Below, one piece after another: positions 28,659 to 38,184 of a stretch of DNA of 64,000 nt. This stretch comes from a virus. The number at the start of each line of letters is the position of its first letter. The stretch's first letter is position 1. The stretch is from positions 64,001-128,000 of the IMG/VR virus record IMGVR_UViG_3300033146_004399. The stretch is one strand, 5' to 3'. The notes beneath the pieces are model-generated. The model was not told the DNA's origin. It worked only from the letters and a program-made list of their open reading frames with translations, and did not search any database. A program made the position numbers and the translations under genes.

Positions 28659-30155
28659 TTAAGTCCTTACTTGTAAATTTTTTATACCATTATGTCCGTG
28701 TACGCCACCCGTACCTTTATTTACATGGGATTTAGAGAGTGGGTTAACATTGTAATTATGACATTTAATAATTATTAAACCACCATTACCGTTAGTACTA
28801 GCACCACTATAACCTCCGTCTCCACCTTTTCCTCCATTTCCACCATCACCACCACCACCACCATAACCATCATCATCATCACCACCATTACCACCATTAC
28901 CACCATCACCACCATCACCACCATCACCACCATCACCACCAGATTTTCTAGTAACACCATTTCCACCGTTGGAATTTATTGATGCTGAAGTATTTAGATT
29001 TAAATGTTTCGCTTCTATATAAATAATTTTACCGTGTTCTCCACTTGTACCGTGCGTAGCTCCAGTTCCTTTGGTTCCTAGTAATCCTGCTGAGCCTCCT
29101 TGTCCACCACCACCACCACCACGGCCACCTTTTCCCCACTTCCAAACATTATGCCAGTAGGCGCTTCCGTCCCCGCCATTACCGCCAGAACCTCCTTTAC
29201 CATCCGTTCCATCCTCACCGTCCGTTCCATCAGTCCCGCTAGTCCCATCCATTGTTGATGTTTTATTTAAAGAATTTATACTCAAAACATCATTAAAATT
29301 TAGTATGCTAGTAAAACCTAAAGAAACGTTTGAACCATCTGTTCCGTCCGTTCCGTCCGTTCCGTCCGCACCATCCGTTCCGTCATTACCCGCTCCTGTT
29401 TGAGTTCCTCCACTCCCACCAACTCCAGCATTATTACCACCTCCACCGCCAGAACCTCCACCGCCACCTTGTCTTCCTGTAGCTGCGGTACCAGGTTTTC
29501 CATTAGTATCATAATTTACCCGTGCACCTCCAGCTCTGTTATAATAACCTGTACCTCCTTTACCTCCATACGGATTACAAGGCCAGTGACAATCATATCC
29601 TGAAGAGCCGTGAGTTCCTGAACCACCATCCGAACCATCCGCACCCTTTGTACCTGATGTACCAGCTACACCATTTGTCCCGTTTTCACCACTGAAATTT
29701 ATAGAGGAATTCGCACCCATTAATAATGTATCTTTAACCAATATTACTAATCTATTGCCTGTTCCTGTTGGTTTAATTTTAGAATTAGTTTTCATAGTTA
29801 TATTTTGATATTGATGTATAGTATTAACGCTTAAAAATATAGTTGTATTTGCGGGAACTACTAAATTTCCACCAGAGCCATTCCCGCCTGGATAATTAGT
29901 AGCCCATTCTTCAGCAGTTATGGTTGAAGCAAGTGCAGTATTAACATCTATATCATCTATATATTCATCAACTCCAGGTAAAAGATTAGCATTTCCTCCA
30001 TGTGAGGTTATGTATGCTTTTAATTCGTTAACAGTTATTTCTTCGTTATCTGCAAAATCACTTGAAATCCAATATTCAGATAATGCTTCTTCAATACCTG
30101 AACCAGCAGCTCCAGTGTCTTGTATAAATTTATTTTCTATTACTTCCCAAGCCAT
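28659..30155 (-). CDS. Glycine-rich protein with collagen-like G-X-Y and GGxGGxGG tracts (probable virion appendage)
   Basis: GENGTNGVAGTSGTKGADG, GTDGADGTDGTDG, GGDGGDGGDGGNG; GGAG RBS. Confidence 0.75.
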   Translation of the reverse strand: MAWEVIENKFIQDTGAAGSGIEEALSEYWISSDFADNEEITVNELKAYITSHGGNANLLPGVDEYIDDIDVNTALASTITAEEWATNYPGGNGSGGNLVVPANTTIFLSVNTIHQYQNITMKTNSKIKPTGTGNRLVILVKDTLLMGANSSINFSGENGTNGVAGTSGTKGADGSDGGSGTHGSSGYDCHWPCNPYGGKGGTGYYNRAGGARVNYDTNGKPGTAATGRQGGGGGSGGGGGNNAGVGGSGGTQTGAGNDGTDGADGTDGTDGTDGSNVSLGFTSILNFNDVLSINSLNKTSTMDGTSGTDGTDGEDGTDGKGGSGGNGGDGSAYWHNVWKWGKGGRGGGGGGQGGSAGLLGTKGTGATHGTSGEHGKIIYIEAKHLNLNTSASINSNGGNGVTRKSGGDGGDGGDGGDGGNGGNGGDDDDGYGGGGGDGGNGGKGGDGGYSGASTNGNGGLIIIKCHNYNVNPLSKSHVNKGTGGVHGHNGIKNLQVRT

Positions 30156-30241
30156 TTAATACTCCTTATTTATTTATCTTTTAATATAAAATAAAATTAT
30201 TGTAAAGATAATATATAAACCTTATAATATGGAGAAAAATT

Positions 30242-30541
30242 ATGACTTTGAAAAAAATGATAAATGAAATAGTAAATAAACCTAAAAGATATACTTCAGC
30301 TACAGGTATACAAGCAACACAAAAATCAAAAACTCAAAGAATTACTCGTGCTTCAAGAATGGATTTAGTTAAATCTAAAGATCTTGATACCTTAAAAGGT
30401 CAAATGGATGCATCTTTTAAAATGATATTGGCTGCAGCTGATAATACAACAATTGAAGCATATGTTATTGGACGACTTAACATGGTTGCGAAACAAATAA
30501 ATGCTCGTATCGATGCTGAGAAGAAAAAACAAACAAAATAA
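30242..30541 (+). CDS. Hypothetical basic protein (MTLKKMINE N-terminus)
   Basis: 99-aa ORF with GGAG RBS. Confidence 0.65.
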   Translation: MTLKKMINEIVNKPKRYTSATGIQATQKSKTQRITRASRMDLVKSKDLDTLKGQMDASFKMILAAADNTTIEAYVIGRLNMVAKQINARIDAEKKKQTK

Positions 30542-30813
30542 TGACTATATTTGATTATAAAGCTACGCTTATTGAGGATGAACATGATTCACTTTTATAT
30601 GTATATGACGCTGTAGTTAAGAATGATGCTTTCTATGTTCTTGTATATACTCTTGACGATGAAACTTTATATAAAAAAAAAGTTCCTTTTGATTTTGATA
30701 CAGATAAGAAGTGGAAAATTGTAAGGTCTATGGTGTCATATGATTATCGTTATGTTTTCCATGAAGTATTTAAATATAAAGATATATTTGGTATAGAACG
30801 TTTTTATCAATAA
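30541..30813 (+). CDS. Hypothetical protein
   Basis: 90-aa ORF. Confidence 0.6.
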   Translation: MTIFDYKATLIEDEHDSLLYVYDAVVKNDAFYVLVYTLDDETLYKKKVPFDFDTDKKWKIVRSMVSYDYRYVFHEVFKYKDIFGIERFYQ

Positions 30814-30840
30814 AAAAACTTTCCTATTAGGAGAGTTTTT
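30812..30840. terminator. Probable terminator
   Basis: AAAAAAACTTTCCT-att-AGGAGAGTTTTT. Confidence 0.6.
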
Positions 30841-30881
30841 AATCCCCTTGTGCATATTTAATTATAAATAGGAGATAATAT

Positions 30882-31091
30882 ATGATTGAAATAGGTAAAG
30901 ATATTCACGTAGAACATTCTGAGTATAAAGGTAAGGATTATGTTGCAATTCGTAGATATTATGAAGCTGATGGTGAAATGAAACCTGGTCGTCAAGGTAT
31001 CAATATGAAGGCCGAGGAATGGCTTGAATTCTGTGATAAATTTGAGGATATTAAAGCTGAAGTGAATGCTAATTTATTAGCTGAGGAATAA
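30882..31091 (+). CDS. PC4/YdbC-like ssDNA-binding protein
   Basis: YVAIRRYY..GEMKPGRQGINM PC4 signature. Confidence 0.85.
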   Translation: MIEIGKDIHVEHSEYKGKDYVAIRRYYEADGEMKPGRQGINMKAEEWLEFCDKFEDIKAEVNANLLAEE

Positions 31092-31093
31092 GT

Positions 31094-31612
31094 ATGGGTA
31101 ATTATACAACTATATTTTTAGATATGTGGAAGAGAATGAAGGTGTTGATGATTGTTGTGGGTATACTTTTAGGTATTTCTACATATCTTGGTATGATTAA
31201 TTCAACTCCAATAACGAGTAATTTTTCTATAGGTCTCATTCTTGTTATATTCGCAATATATACTTTTGATATACGGAAAGTGTTGAAAAATGCTGCTATA
31301 GTAAATAAATATTTCTTATATACACCTGCTAAAAATGCAGATGAAACTATAAAAAATGCAACTTTAGGTAATATAAGTACTAATACATATTTTATACTTG
31401 GAACATTATACCTTTTTAATGTAGTTATAAATAGATTAGAATTTGCCAACTTAACACGTTTTACATATGTTATTGGAGATTTTTTATATCTTGGAGCGAT
31501 ACTTTACTTTGTTCAAGCGAAACGATATTTAAATAAATATATAAATCTTGCTATCGAAGACAGCACTGAGGATATTAAAAATAAATTGTTTAAGGGCGGG
31601 AAGGATGACTAA
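31094..31612 (+). CDS. Multi-pass membrane protein
   Basis: About 4 hydrophobic segments. Confidence 0.65.
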   Translation: MGNYTTIFLDMWKRMKVLMIVVGILLGISTYLGMINSTPITSNFSIGLILVIFAIYTFDIRKVLKNAAIVNKYFLYTPAKNADETIKNATLGNISTNTYFILGTLYLFNVVINRLEFANLTRFTYVIGDFLYLGAILYFVQAKRYLNKYINLAIEDSTEDIKNKLFKGGKDD

Positions 31613-31953
31613 AAATTGGGGTAATTTTATTAGTTGGTATTATTTGTATATCATTAGTAGTTATGATAATAGTAAGACCTATTGTTAACGATAAACAACC
31701 TGAAATCATAACCGAAACAGTAGAAGTAGAGAATGTTATCATTCAAGATAACATGTTGAATAGACTAATTGATGAACCTGGAATAAATTTTTGGAATATA
31801 TCATCTTATGAGGATGATACTAGTTTCTATTTAACAGTAGAATTTGACTTTGTTAAAGATACTAAAGTTAAACTTCAAAGAAAGTTTAAATCACCAATGG
31901 AATTGAATGAAAATATAAACTTAATATTAGAAGAAGCAAGGAGTTTAAAATGA
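31605..31953 (+). pseudogene. Membrane-anchored protein frameshifted in an A5 tract (31611-31615); track start 31663
   Basis: Removing one A gives MTKIGVILLVGIICISLVVMIIVRP..., restoring a TM anchor. Confidence 0.55.
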
Positions 31954-32150
31954 GGAATAAAACTATAGGTTGGATATTAGCTTTTCTACCAGTTACATTT
32001 ATTGGTCTTATAGGTATAACAGTAATTCCTGCATTAGAAGCTTATTCCATCCTTATAACAGGTATTATGGTTATACTAGCTTTTTTAAGCACTCTTGTAT
32101 GGGATATGTTTCACATTACTATTTTGGCTAAAGAAGCTTCTGTGGTATAA
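31950..32150 (+). CDS. Small two-TM membrane protein
   Basis: 66-aa hydrophobic ORF. Confidence 0.55.
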   Translation: MRNKTIGWILAFLPVTFIGLIGITVIPALEAYSILITGIMVILAFLSTLVWDMFHITILAKEASVV

Positions 32151-32151
32151 T
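32124..32151 (+). promoter_or_regulatory. Promoter TTGGCT-N16-TATAAT
   Basis: Same motif and spacing as the other copies; TG extended -10. Confidence 0.6.
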
Positions 32152-32170
32152 TAAGTAAGAGGGTGGAGAT

Positions 32171-32716
32171 ATGTTGAAAGCAGTTGTAATAAAAGCTTAT
32201 AATTTCTCAGAGAAGGCGCATGAAGGCGTAGAGAGAAAATTTTCTGGTCTTCCATATTTCACTCATCCTAAATTTGTTGCCAGAACTATTGAGCACCTTA
32301 CCAAAGATGCAACACTTATAGCTGTTGGTTTTCTTCATGATGTTATAGAAGATACTGATACGATGTATGATGAATTGGTTATTGAATTTGGTATGGAAAT
32401 TGCTAACTTAGTACAGGAAGTAACATCAGATGATAATGAAATGAAGTTGATGGGTGGGAAGAGAATATATATGGCCAACAAAGTATTAAATATGTCTGAA
32501 AGGGCATTAATTATTAAGCTGGCCGATAGATATCATAATGTTCTTTTCCTTGAAAGCGATACGACTCCCTTATCTTTTATAACTAAATATTATAAAGAAA
32601 CAAGATTTGTTTTGGATGAATTAACAGCAGGAAGAGAATTAAATAATATACATGAAGCTTTAATTAAGAGAATTGAAGCTATATTAGCTTTTCTTAAGAT
32701 TAGATATGACTTTTGA
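32171..32716 (+). CDS. HD-domain hydrolase (RelA/SpoT-hydrolase/Mesh1-like)
   Basis: AHEG..RK..G.PYFTHP, LHDVIED, KLADRYHN. Confidence 0.88.
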   Translation: MLKAVVIKAYNFSEKAHEGVERKFSGLPYFTHPKFVARTIEHLTKDATLIAVGFLHDVIEDTDTMYDELVIEFGMEIANLVQEVTSDDNEMKLMGGKRIYMANKVLNMSERALIIKLADRYHNVLFLESDTTPLSFITKYYKETRFVLDELTAGRELNNIHEALIKRIEAILAFLKIRYDF

Positions 32717-33008
32717 TGATTTTATGGAGGATCAGATACCTCAACTAAAAAGCTCATACTATCCTGTCGCTTATACAGATCTTGCCTTTATTAATAATAC
32801 ATTAGCACAAGAGTTATATGATAGAGAACAGTATAATATAAGGAAGGAACATATTTTTATGGAAGATTCTTTTGAAATGTTTGAAATGATAATGGAAGAG
32901 GAGAATGCTATAGCCGCGGCTCTCTTTCTCCATGAACAATATAAAGTTTTACATGCCGAAAGAGCTAAACTCCATTTGCTAGATAAAGACAAAAGATTTG
33001 GTGTATAA
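32706..33008 (+). CDS. Hypothetical protein
   Basis: 100-aa ORF. Confidence 0.55.
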   Translation: MTFDDFMEDQIPQLKSSYYPVAYTDLAFINNTLAQELYDREQYNIRKEHIFMEDSFEMFEMIMEEENAIAAALFLHEQYKVLHAERAKLHLLDKDKRFGV

Positions 33009-33018
33009 AGAATAAAAA

Positions 33019-33504
33019 ATGGATAAAAAAGAAATTGTACCCGGTATAACATTAAGTGATATTTTAAACGACAACGTAAAAGTACCTGCTACAGACACTA
33101 CTACAATAAATTATGCTTTAGTTGAATTGGCTGCTACAAACATTAAATTAACCAAGGATCAGACCGCTAATTTTTGGTTGTATATTGATACTCTAGATTT
33201 ACTCGATTGGCTTTTTTTAATGAGTGCTATAGCTTCTGCTAGTGTAACGTCCTGTTCTATGAAGAATCCATCTTTTATTGATAATTTACTTGATGCGTCA
33301 ATACCACATTGCGATATTATTATTAGTCTTTCAAATAAAAATCCAGAGCGTTTTAAGAAAAAAATAAAAGAAGTATATAATAAAGATCTTACACTTGATG
33401 AGGTTGATATGTTGATACATATTTATAAATATGAAAAAGATGGCAAGTTATATCCTGACTTAAAGAAAAATCCATATTATAAGCAACTTGGACAACCCAC
33501 CTAA
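33019..33504 (+). CDS. Hypothetical protein
   Basis: 161-aa ORF. Confidence 0.6.
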   Translation: MDKKEIVPGITLSDILNDNVKVPATDTTTINYALVELAATNIKLTKDQTANFWLYIDTLDLLDWLFLMSAIASASVTSCSMKNPSFIDNLLDASIPHCDIIISLSNKNPERFKKKIKEVYNKDLTLDEVDMLIHIYKYEKDGKLYPDLKKNPYYKQLGQPT

Positions 33505-33515
33505 TATGGTATAAT
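33488..33515 (+). promoter_or_regulatory. Promoter TTGGAC-N16-TATAAT
   Basis: TTGGAC 33488-93, TATAAT 33510-15. Confidence 0.7.
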
Positions 33516-33532
33516 TGTTGTAAGAGGTAAAT

Positions 33533-33787
33533 ATGTATTTGAAACAGAAAATGAGTTATTTTGAGAAGAGGATTAAAAGTCTTAAATTTGTTATAGTTGT
33601 TAACATTATAGGTGTTTTATTTTGTTTAACAGCATTTGTTACAAATTTAATATCAGGCCATTCTTTTTGGTGTTTAATCCAATTAGCTTTTGTATTATTA
33701 AACAGTTGGTTATTATTTAATAATGTTAAGTCATTGAATAAGACAAAACTAGACTTCACTAAAAACTTACTTAGATACGGGGAGTAA
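33533..33787 (+). CDS. Small membrane protein
   Basis: 84 aa, two hydrophobic segments, GAGG RBS. Confidence 0.6.
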   Translation: MYLKQKMSYFEKRIKSLKFVIVVNIIGVLFCLTAFVTNLISGHSFWCLIQLAFVLLNSWLLFNNVKSLNKTKLDFTKNLLRYGE

Positions 33788-33943
33788 AATAATTATAAAT
33801 ATTGTTGCTGTTATTTCTTGCAGTGTGGCATTAGTTTTTCATATTATGGTTAATAATATGATATGGAGTATTATACTTAGTATATTACTTATTGCTATAG
33901 TCGCATGGGTTAATATGAGACTCCAAAAAAATAAAAAATAATT

Positions 33944-33983
33944 TTGGATATAGAAGCAAATATGTTATAATTATTATAGTAAT
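33944..33983 (+). promoter_or_regulatory. Promoter TTGGAT-N16-TATAAT with overlapping near-palindrome ATTATTATAGTAAT
   Basis: -10 at 33966-71; palindrome at 33970-83. Confidence 0.65.
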
Positions 33984-34005
33984 TGAGGTTTTAATATATC
34001 AAGGA

Positions 34006-34971
34006 GTGAATATGGAGAGGAAAATATTATTTAAGGTAAAAAGTGGATCTCATATGTATGGTCTTAATACTCCCGAAAGTGATGAAGACTATATGGGTAT
34101 ATTCATGCCTACATCCGAAGATTTATTAGGTCTTAATAAATTAGAAGAAATAGATAATTCTACTAAATCATCTAAAGAAGATCGACGTAATACTAAAGAA
34201 GATGTAGATGAAAAACTTTATTCACTTAAGAAATATCTTCATCTCGCATTACAGAATAACCCTAATATAGTAGAAGTTTTATTTTCCTCTCCTGAATCAA
34301 TTATAGAAATGACTCCTGTGTTTCAGGAGTTGATAGATAATAGAGATAAAATAGTCTCACAGAAAATATATTATTCATTTACGGGATATGCATTTGCTCA
34401 AAGAAAGAAACTCATAGTTAAGAAGGAAAGATATACTTCACTTGTAGAAGGCGTTAAATTTCTAGAAACCGTGTATAAAGATAAACTTGGTAGTAAGTAT
34501 CCCATTAAAGATGAAGACGCAGATGCTTTAAACACAAGTTTAAAATATTATAAAGGAAAAAAGAATAATACTGAATCTTTCCATAGAGGTATGGATCTAG
34601 ATATGATTATAGAAAAACTCAGAGCTGAAAGAGATAGATATGGCTGGAGAGTTAATACCTCAACTTTTGAAAAATTATTTTATGATGTAAAATTTGCCTA
34701 TCATTTGATCAGATTATTAGGGCAGGGAGAACAGTTATTAGAAACTGGTAAAATTGATTTTCCAATAACTGGAAAATTAAAAGATGATATAATGCGAATA
34801 AGAAATGGTGAAGTTGAGTACGACGAATTAATGAAGATGTATGAGACTTATAATAAAAGGTGTGATGTAGCATTTGAAAATACTAAGTTGAGGAAAACTC
34901 CTGATTTCAAATGGGCTAATAAATGGTTGATTAAAATTCTTAAGGAGAGTATTATAAATGAAGAAGAGTAA
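34006..34971 (+). CDS. Predicted nucleotidyltransferase (Pol-beta superfamily)
   Basis: SGSHMYGLNTPESDEDYMGIF (GS..DxD); NPNIVEVLF; YHLIRLL. Confidence 0.88.
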   Translation: MNMERKILFKVKSGSHMYGLNTPESDEDYMGIFMPTSEDLLGLNKLEEIDNSTKSSKEDRRNTKEDVDEKLYSLKKYLHLALQNNPNIVEVLFSSPESIIEMTPVFQELIDNRDKIVSQKIYYSFTGYAFAQRKKLIVKKERYTSLVEGVKFLETVYKDKLGSKYPIKDEDADALNTSLKYYKGKKNNTESFHRGMDLDMIIEKLRAERDRYGWRVNTSTFEKLFYDVKFAYHLIRLLGQGEQLLETGKIDFPITGKLKDDIMRIRNGEVEYDELMKMYETYNKRCDVAFENTKLRKTPDFKWANKWLIKILKESIINEEE

Positions 34972-35269
34972 AAATCTTGGCAATGTTTTCTATGATATAG
35001 ATGGAATGCTTTTGGATGATTTGATTAAATGGGCGGAAAAACAAAAAGAATTTCATCCTGAGTATGATTCTTTTAAATTAGAATTCGAAAAAGAATATCA
35101 CTACGATGGGGAATATACTGCTTTAAATCTTTATGGTCTTAGAGAAGAAACCAAAGAAGAGGAAAAATCTCGAGAAGCTATTAGGATTAAGAAATTGGAT
35201 GATGCTAAAGCAAAAAGAAAAAAGGAATGGGATAGATTGAATAAGGAGTTTGGGAATGAAGAGACATAG
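34958..35269 (+). CDS. Hypothetical protein
   Basis: 103-aa ORF. Confidence 0.6.
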   Translation: MKKSKNLGNVFYDIDGMLLDDLIKWAEKQKEFHPEYDSFKLEFEKEYHYDGEYTALNLYGLREETKEEEKSREAIRIKKLDDAKAKRKKEWDRLNKEFGNEET

Positions 35270-35450
35270 ATTATTCACAAGAAGAGAAGTTATAGAAATA
35301 TGGTTAAAGCAGAAAGATGAAGATTTAGATACTTATGTTTGTCCTCACTGTAGAGATCTTCTGTTTAAGAAAGGTGAAACTTATTTTTGTAATAATTTTG
35401 ATTGTAGTTATTATGGAGAGACTATTGAACTAATTGGAGAAGAAGAATGA
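35250..35450 (+). CDS. Small Zn-finger protein (CPxC..FCNNxDC)
   Basis: Paralog of 35447..35629. Confidence 0.65.
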   Translation: MGMKRHRLFTRREVIEIWLKQKDEDLDTYVCPHCRDLLFKKGETYFCNNFDCSYYGETIELIGEEE

Positions 35451-35629
35451 TAAAAGCTAAATTGCTCACATTAAGAGAATTAGGCATAGTTGATAATGAT
35501 AAGGATTTAGATAGTAAAGTCTGTCCTATGTGTAAGAATATACTTCGTAAGAAGAATGGTGTTTACTTCTGTAACAATTTAGAATGTGATGGGTATAGAG
35601 AAGGATTCGAGGAGATTAAAAATGAATAA
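35447..35629 (+). CDS. Small Zn-finger protein (CPxC..FCNNxEC)
   Basis: Paralog of 35250..35450. Confidence 0.65.
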   Translation: MIKAKLLTLRELGIVDNDKDLDSKVCPMCKNILRKKNGVYFCNNLECDGYREGFEEIKNE

Positions 35630-35975
35630 GGGTGCAATTGCATTCATTATTATTTTAGTATTTATTCTTGGACTGGTGTTAGGTGCTTTATTTATTAGTG
35701 TGTCGCTTAGTTCTAATAGCCATAGAGTTCATACTGTCAGAATAAATGATTTCGTAAATATTAAAGTTTATACAAACTCATATTATGATTTATATAAACT
35801 TAAACGATATATATCAAATATGGAGAATTTCGTTTATACAAATGATAATATGATTATACTAACTAAAACAATACATGACAGATTTATATCTGTTGCAAAT
35901 ATTAGATTTTATAAATTTGATGGTACTTATTATGATACTTGGGGGCGATATACAAAAAACGTATCTGAAGAGTAG
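35622..35975 (+). CDS. Membrane-anchored hypothetical protein; TAG stop followed by 38 open codons
   Basis: GGAG RBS before ATG35622; readthrough frame open to TGA 36090-92. Confidence 0.6.
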   Translation: MNKGAIAFIIILVFILGLVLGALFISVSLSSNSHRVHTVRINDFVNIKVYTNSYYDLYKLKRYISNMENFVYTNDNMIILTKTIHDRFISVANIRFYKFDGTYYDTWGRYTKNVSEE

Positions 35976-36148
35976 AGAAGGTTAACCTCACCATCCCTAA
36001 CTCAATGGTTTATTCAAACATGGAAATGTATAAGAGGGAAGCATATTTGGATTGTGAGTGATATAGTTGAAAACGATGAAAATAATAAGTGAGTTTAAAA
36101 AATGCGAATATTGCGGAGAGTATAAACTCTTATAATATAGGTGGTAAA

Positions 36149-36622
36149 ATGAATAATGTAGATAAATTAGTAAAAGAAGTTGAGGCTAATGAAAAAGCGT
36201 TGAAACATACTAAAGAAGAAGTTGCTGATGCTATTATGAAAATATATACTTCTTATATATATTCTATTAATAAACAGTTACGTACCTTCTTTGGAAGAAG
36301 AAGAAAAATAGGTAAATTTACTATTAAAAGCAAATGGATAGGCGTAAATGAATATAATGATGGGTATCCTTTAATTAAGGTGTATTACAGAAAAAGACTT
36401 ATATTAAAAGTAAGTGGTAGAGAAAATGGTAATGCTAATACTTGGAAAGATGCTAAATTTAGATTACGTCACGTTTATAAACTTGATATGTCTAAAATTG
36501 TTGAACTTCAAACATTTCACAATATTTTAATTACGTTAACCCAGGAACAATTACATATAAAAAATGAAAAAATAAATAAGTTGAATAATTTTCAATTAGC
36601 GTTAAAGGAGTTGGAAGTATGA
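36149..36622 (+). CDS. Hypothetical protein
   Basis: Track 36089..36622; AGGTGG RBS before ATG36149. Confidence 0.6.
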   Translation: MNNVDKLVKEVEANEKALKHTKEEVADAIMKIYTSYIYSINKQLRTFFGRRRKIGKFTIKSKWIGVNEYNDGYPLIKVYYRKRLILKVSGRENGNANTWKDAKFRLRHVYKLDMSKIVELQTFHNILITLTQEQLHIKNEKINKLNNFQLALKELEV

Positions 36623-36752
36623 TATTTGCAGTTAAATATAGAAGAGCGCAAACAGCTGAATTAATTACAGCAGATAACTATAGAGGAAAATGGACCTTTC
36701 TTAGAGAATGGTTTCAATCTAACAAAGTAGCTAAAGATATACTGGAGGAAAA

Positions 36753-37178
36753 ATGAGTTGGACGGATAGATGGTACAATGCTGAATATGCTAATTTAACT
36801 CCTATAGGACGAGTGGTTTTAACTCTTATAATTATAGGTTTATTTTTACTCCCTTTACTAATTTTTGGACCAATAGAAATAATTGATATGGAATCAGGAC
36901 CAGTATCAATATTCCTTGGTAATTTTATGACTGTTTTAGTAGCTACAGTAGTTGTAATAATAAGTATTGTAATTATATTTTTAATTTGGATGTTTGTGTC
37001 ATGGATTTTAACTGGTCGTTCTGGTATTAATAGTTTAAACTTTTTTTTGGTAGAGAAGCCGTGGGATTTTACAGCTACTTTATTTAGAGTATTCTTTGGC
37101 TCCTATAGAAATAAGTGGCTTTTCCTTCATGAAATATTATACCCAAATAAAATAGCAAAGGAGATGCTAGATGAATAA
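36753..37178 (+). CDS. Membrane protein
   Basis: Two hydrophobic segments; GGAGG RBS. Confidence 0.65.
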   Translation: MSWTDRWYNAEYANLTPIGRVVLTLIIIGLFLLPLLIFGPIEIIDMESGPVSIFLGNFMTVLVATVVVIISIVIIFLIWMFVSWILTGRSGINSLNFFLVEKPWDFTATLFRVFFGSYRNKWLFLHEILYPNKIAKEMLDE

Positions 37179-37356
37179 CTTAAGAGTTAAAAGTTTTATA
37201 GCTTCCTATTATCAAGACGGTTGGAAAGAAGGTGTTGAGATTCTTGATACGGAAATTAATGCATAGATGATAGAATACTCAAATATAATAGTAGATAGAA
37301 TAGAACATATTAAGTTTGAAACACATGAAATAGTTCATATTTGGTATACTATATGA
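37171..37356 (+). pseudogene. 61-codon ORF with in-frame TAG (37264-66)
   Basis: MNNLRVKSF...LDTEINA*MIEYSNIIVDRIEH...WYTI; coupled to both neighbours. Confidence 0.65.
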
Positions 37357-37637
37357 TTGAAAATGAAGAAGCTAAAAATAATTTATTAGGATATACTGTA
37401 ATAAATATGAATGATAGGGTCGAGGTTCGTTTAACAGATAGGGGAAGATATATATTTTCACATAGGAATGATGACTTAAATCAATTAGGCATAGCACATT
37501 TTCCACAGGATAAACCTAAAGAGGTAGACGGCTGGTTTAAATGTCAGCTATGGGAATTGATGCAAACATTCGGCCCTTATATAGGTATGGGTTTTGATAC
37601 CTTATTTGAAACAACAATAAGAATAAAGCATAATTAA
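37341..37637 (+). CDS. Hypothetical protein
   Basis: 98-aa ORF. Confidence 0.6.
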   Translation: MVYYMIENEEAKNNLLGYTVINMNDRVEVRLTDRGRYIFSHRNDDLNQLGIAHFPQDKPKEVDGWFKCQLWELMQTFGPYIGMGFDTLFETTIRIKHN

Positions 37638-37685
37638 TATAAAGAAGTATAATATGTTACATGATATATGGGTCTTTTTACTGAG

Positions 37686-37877
37686 ATGTATGGGTTTATA
37701 TGGTTTATAGTTTTTATAATTATAATAGAGATTTTGTCCCTTCCATTTCGAGCTATATTATCCTAGATTAAAATAAATAATAAAAGACTTTTGATAGAAA
37801 GTTTAGTCAATAAAGGTTATACCCTTGAAGATATAAATAAGATAATATTAATAATGGACGGTAACGATGACGAATGA
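37686..37877 (+). pseudogene. Membrane ORF with in-frame TAG (37764-66)
   Basis: MYGFIWFIVFIIIIEILSLPFRAILS*IKINNKRLL...DDE. Confidence 0.55.
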
Positions 37878-38184
37878 GAAGAAAGAGAAAATAACAAATT
37901 GTGAGTTAGACCAAACAGGTAGATTAAAAATGCTTGTATCTATCCTACTCTTCGTTTTTATTGATGTAGGGATATTCGTAGCCCTCTTCTATACTGGTAA
38001 TTCAGATTTTCCATTTATGTGGATATTATCACAATTTGTTATTGTATTTATTCTTCCCTTCTTTGTAAATTTATTTCTACTTACTAAGGTATGGGTAAAG
38101 ACTGGAAAATTTATTCCTTATCTTGACATTTTTGATAAAATTGAATTTATAAAAAAATATCTTTTCGGAGACTGGAGAAAATAA
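37867..38184 (+). CDS. Membrane protein
   Basis: Two hydrophobic segments. Confidence 0.6.
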   Translation: MTNEKKEKITNCELDQTGRLKMLVSILLFVFIDVGIFVALFYTGNSDFPFMWILSQFVIVFILPFFVNLFLLTKVWVKTGKFIPYLDIFDKIEFIKKYLFGDWRK

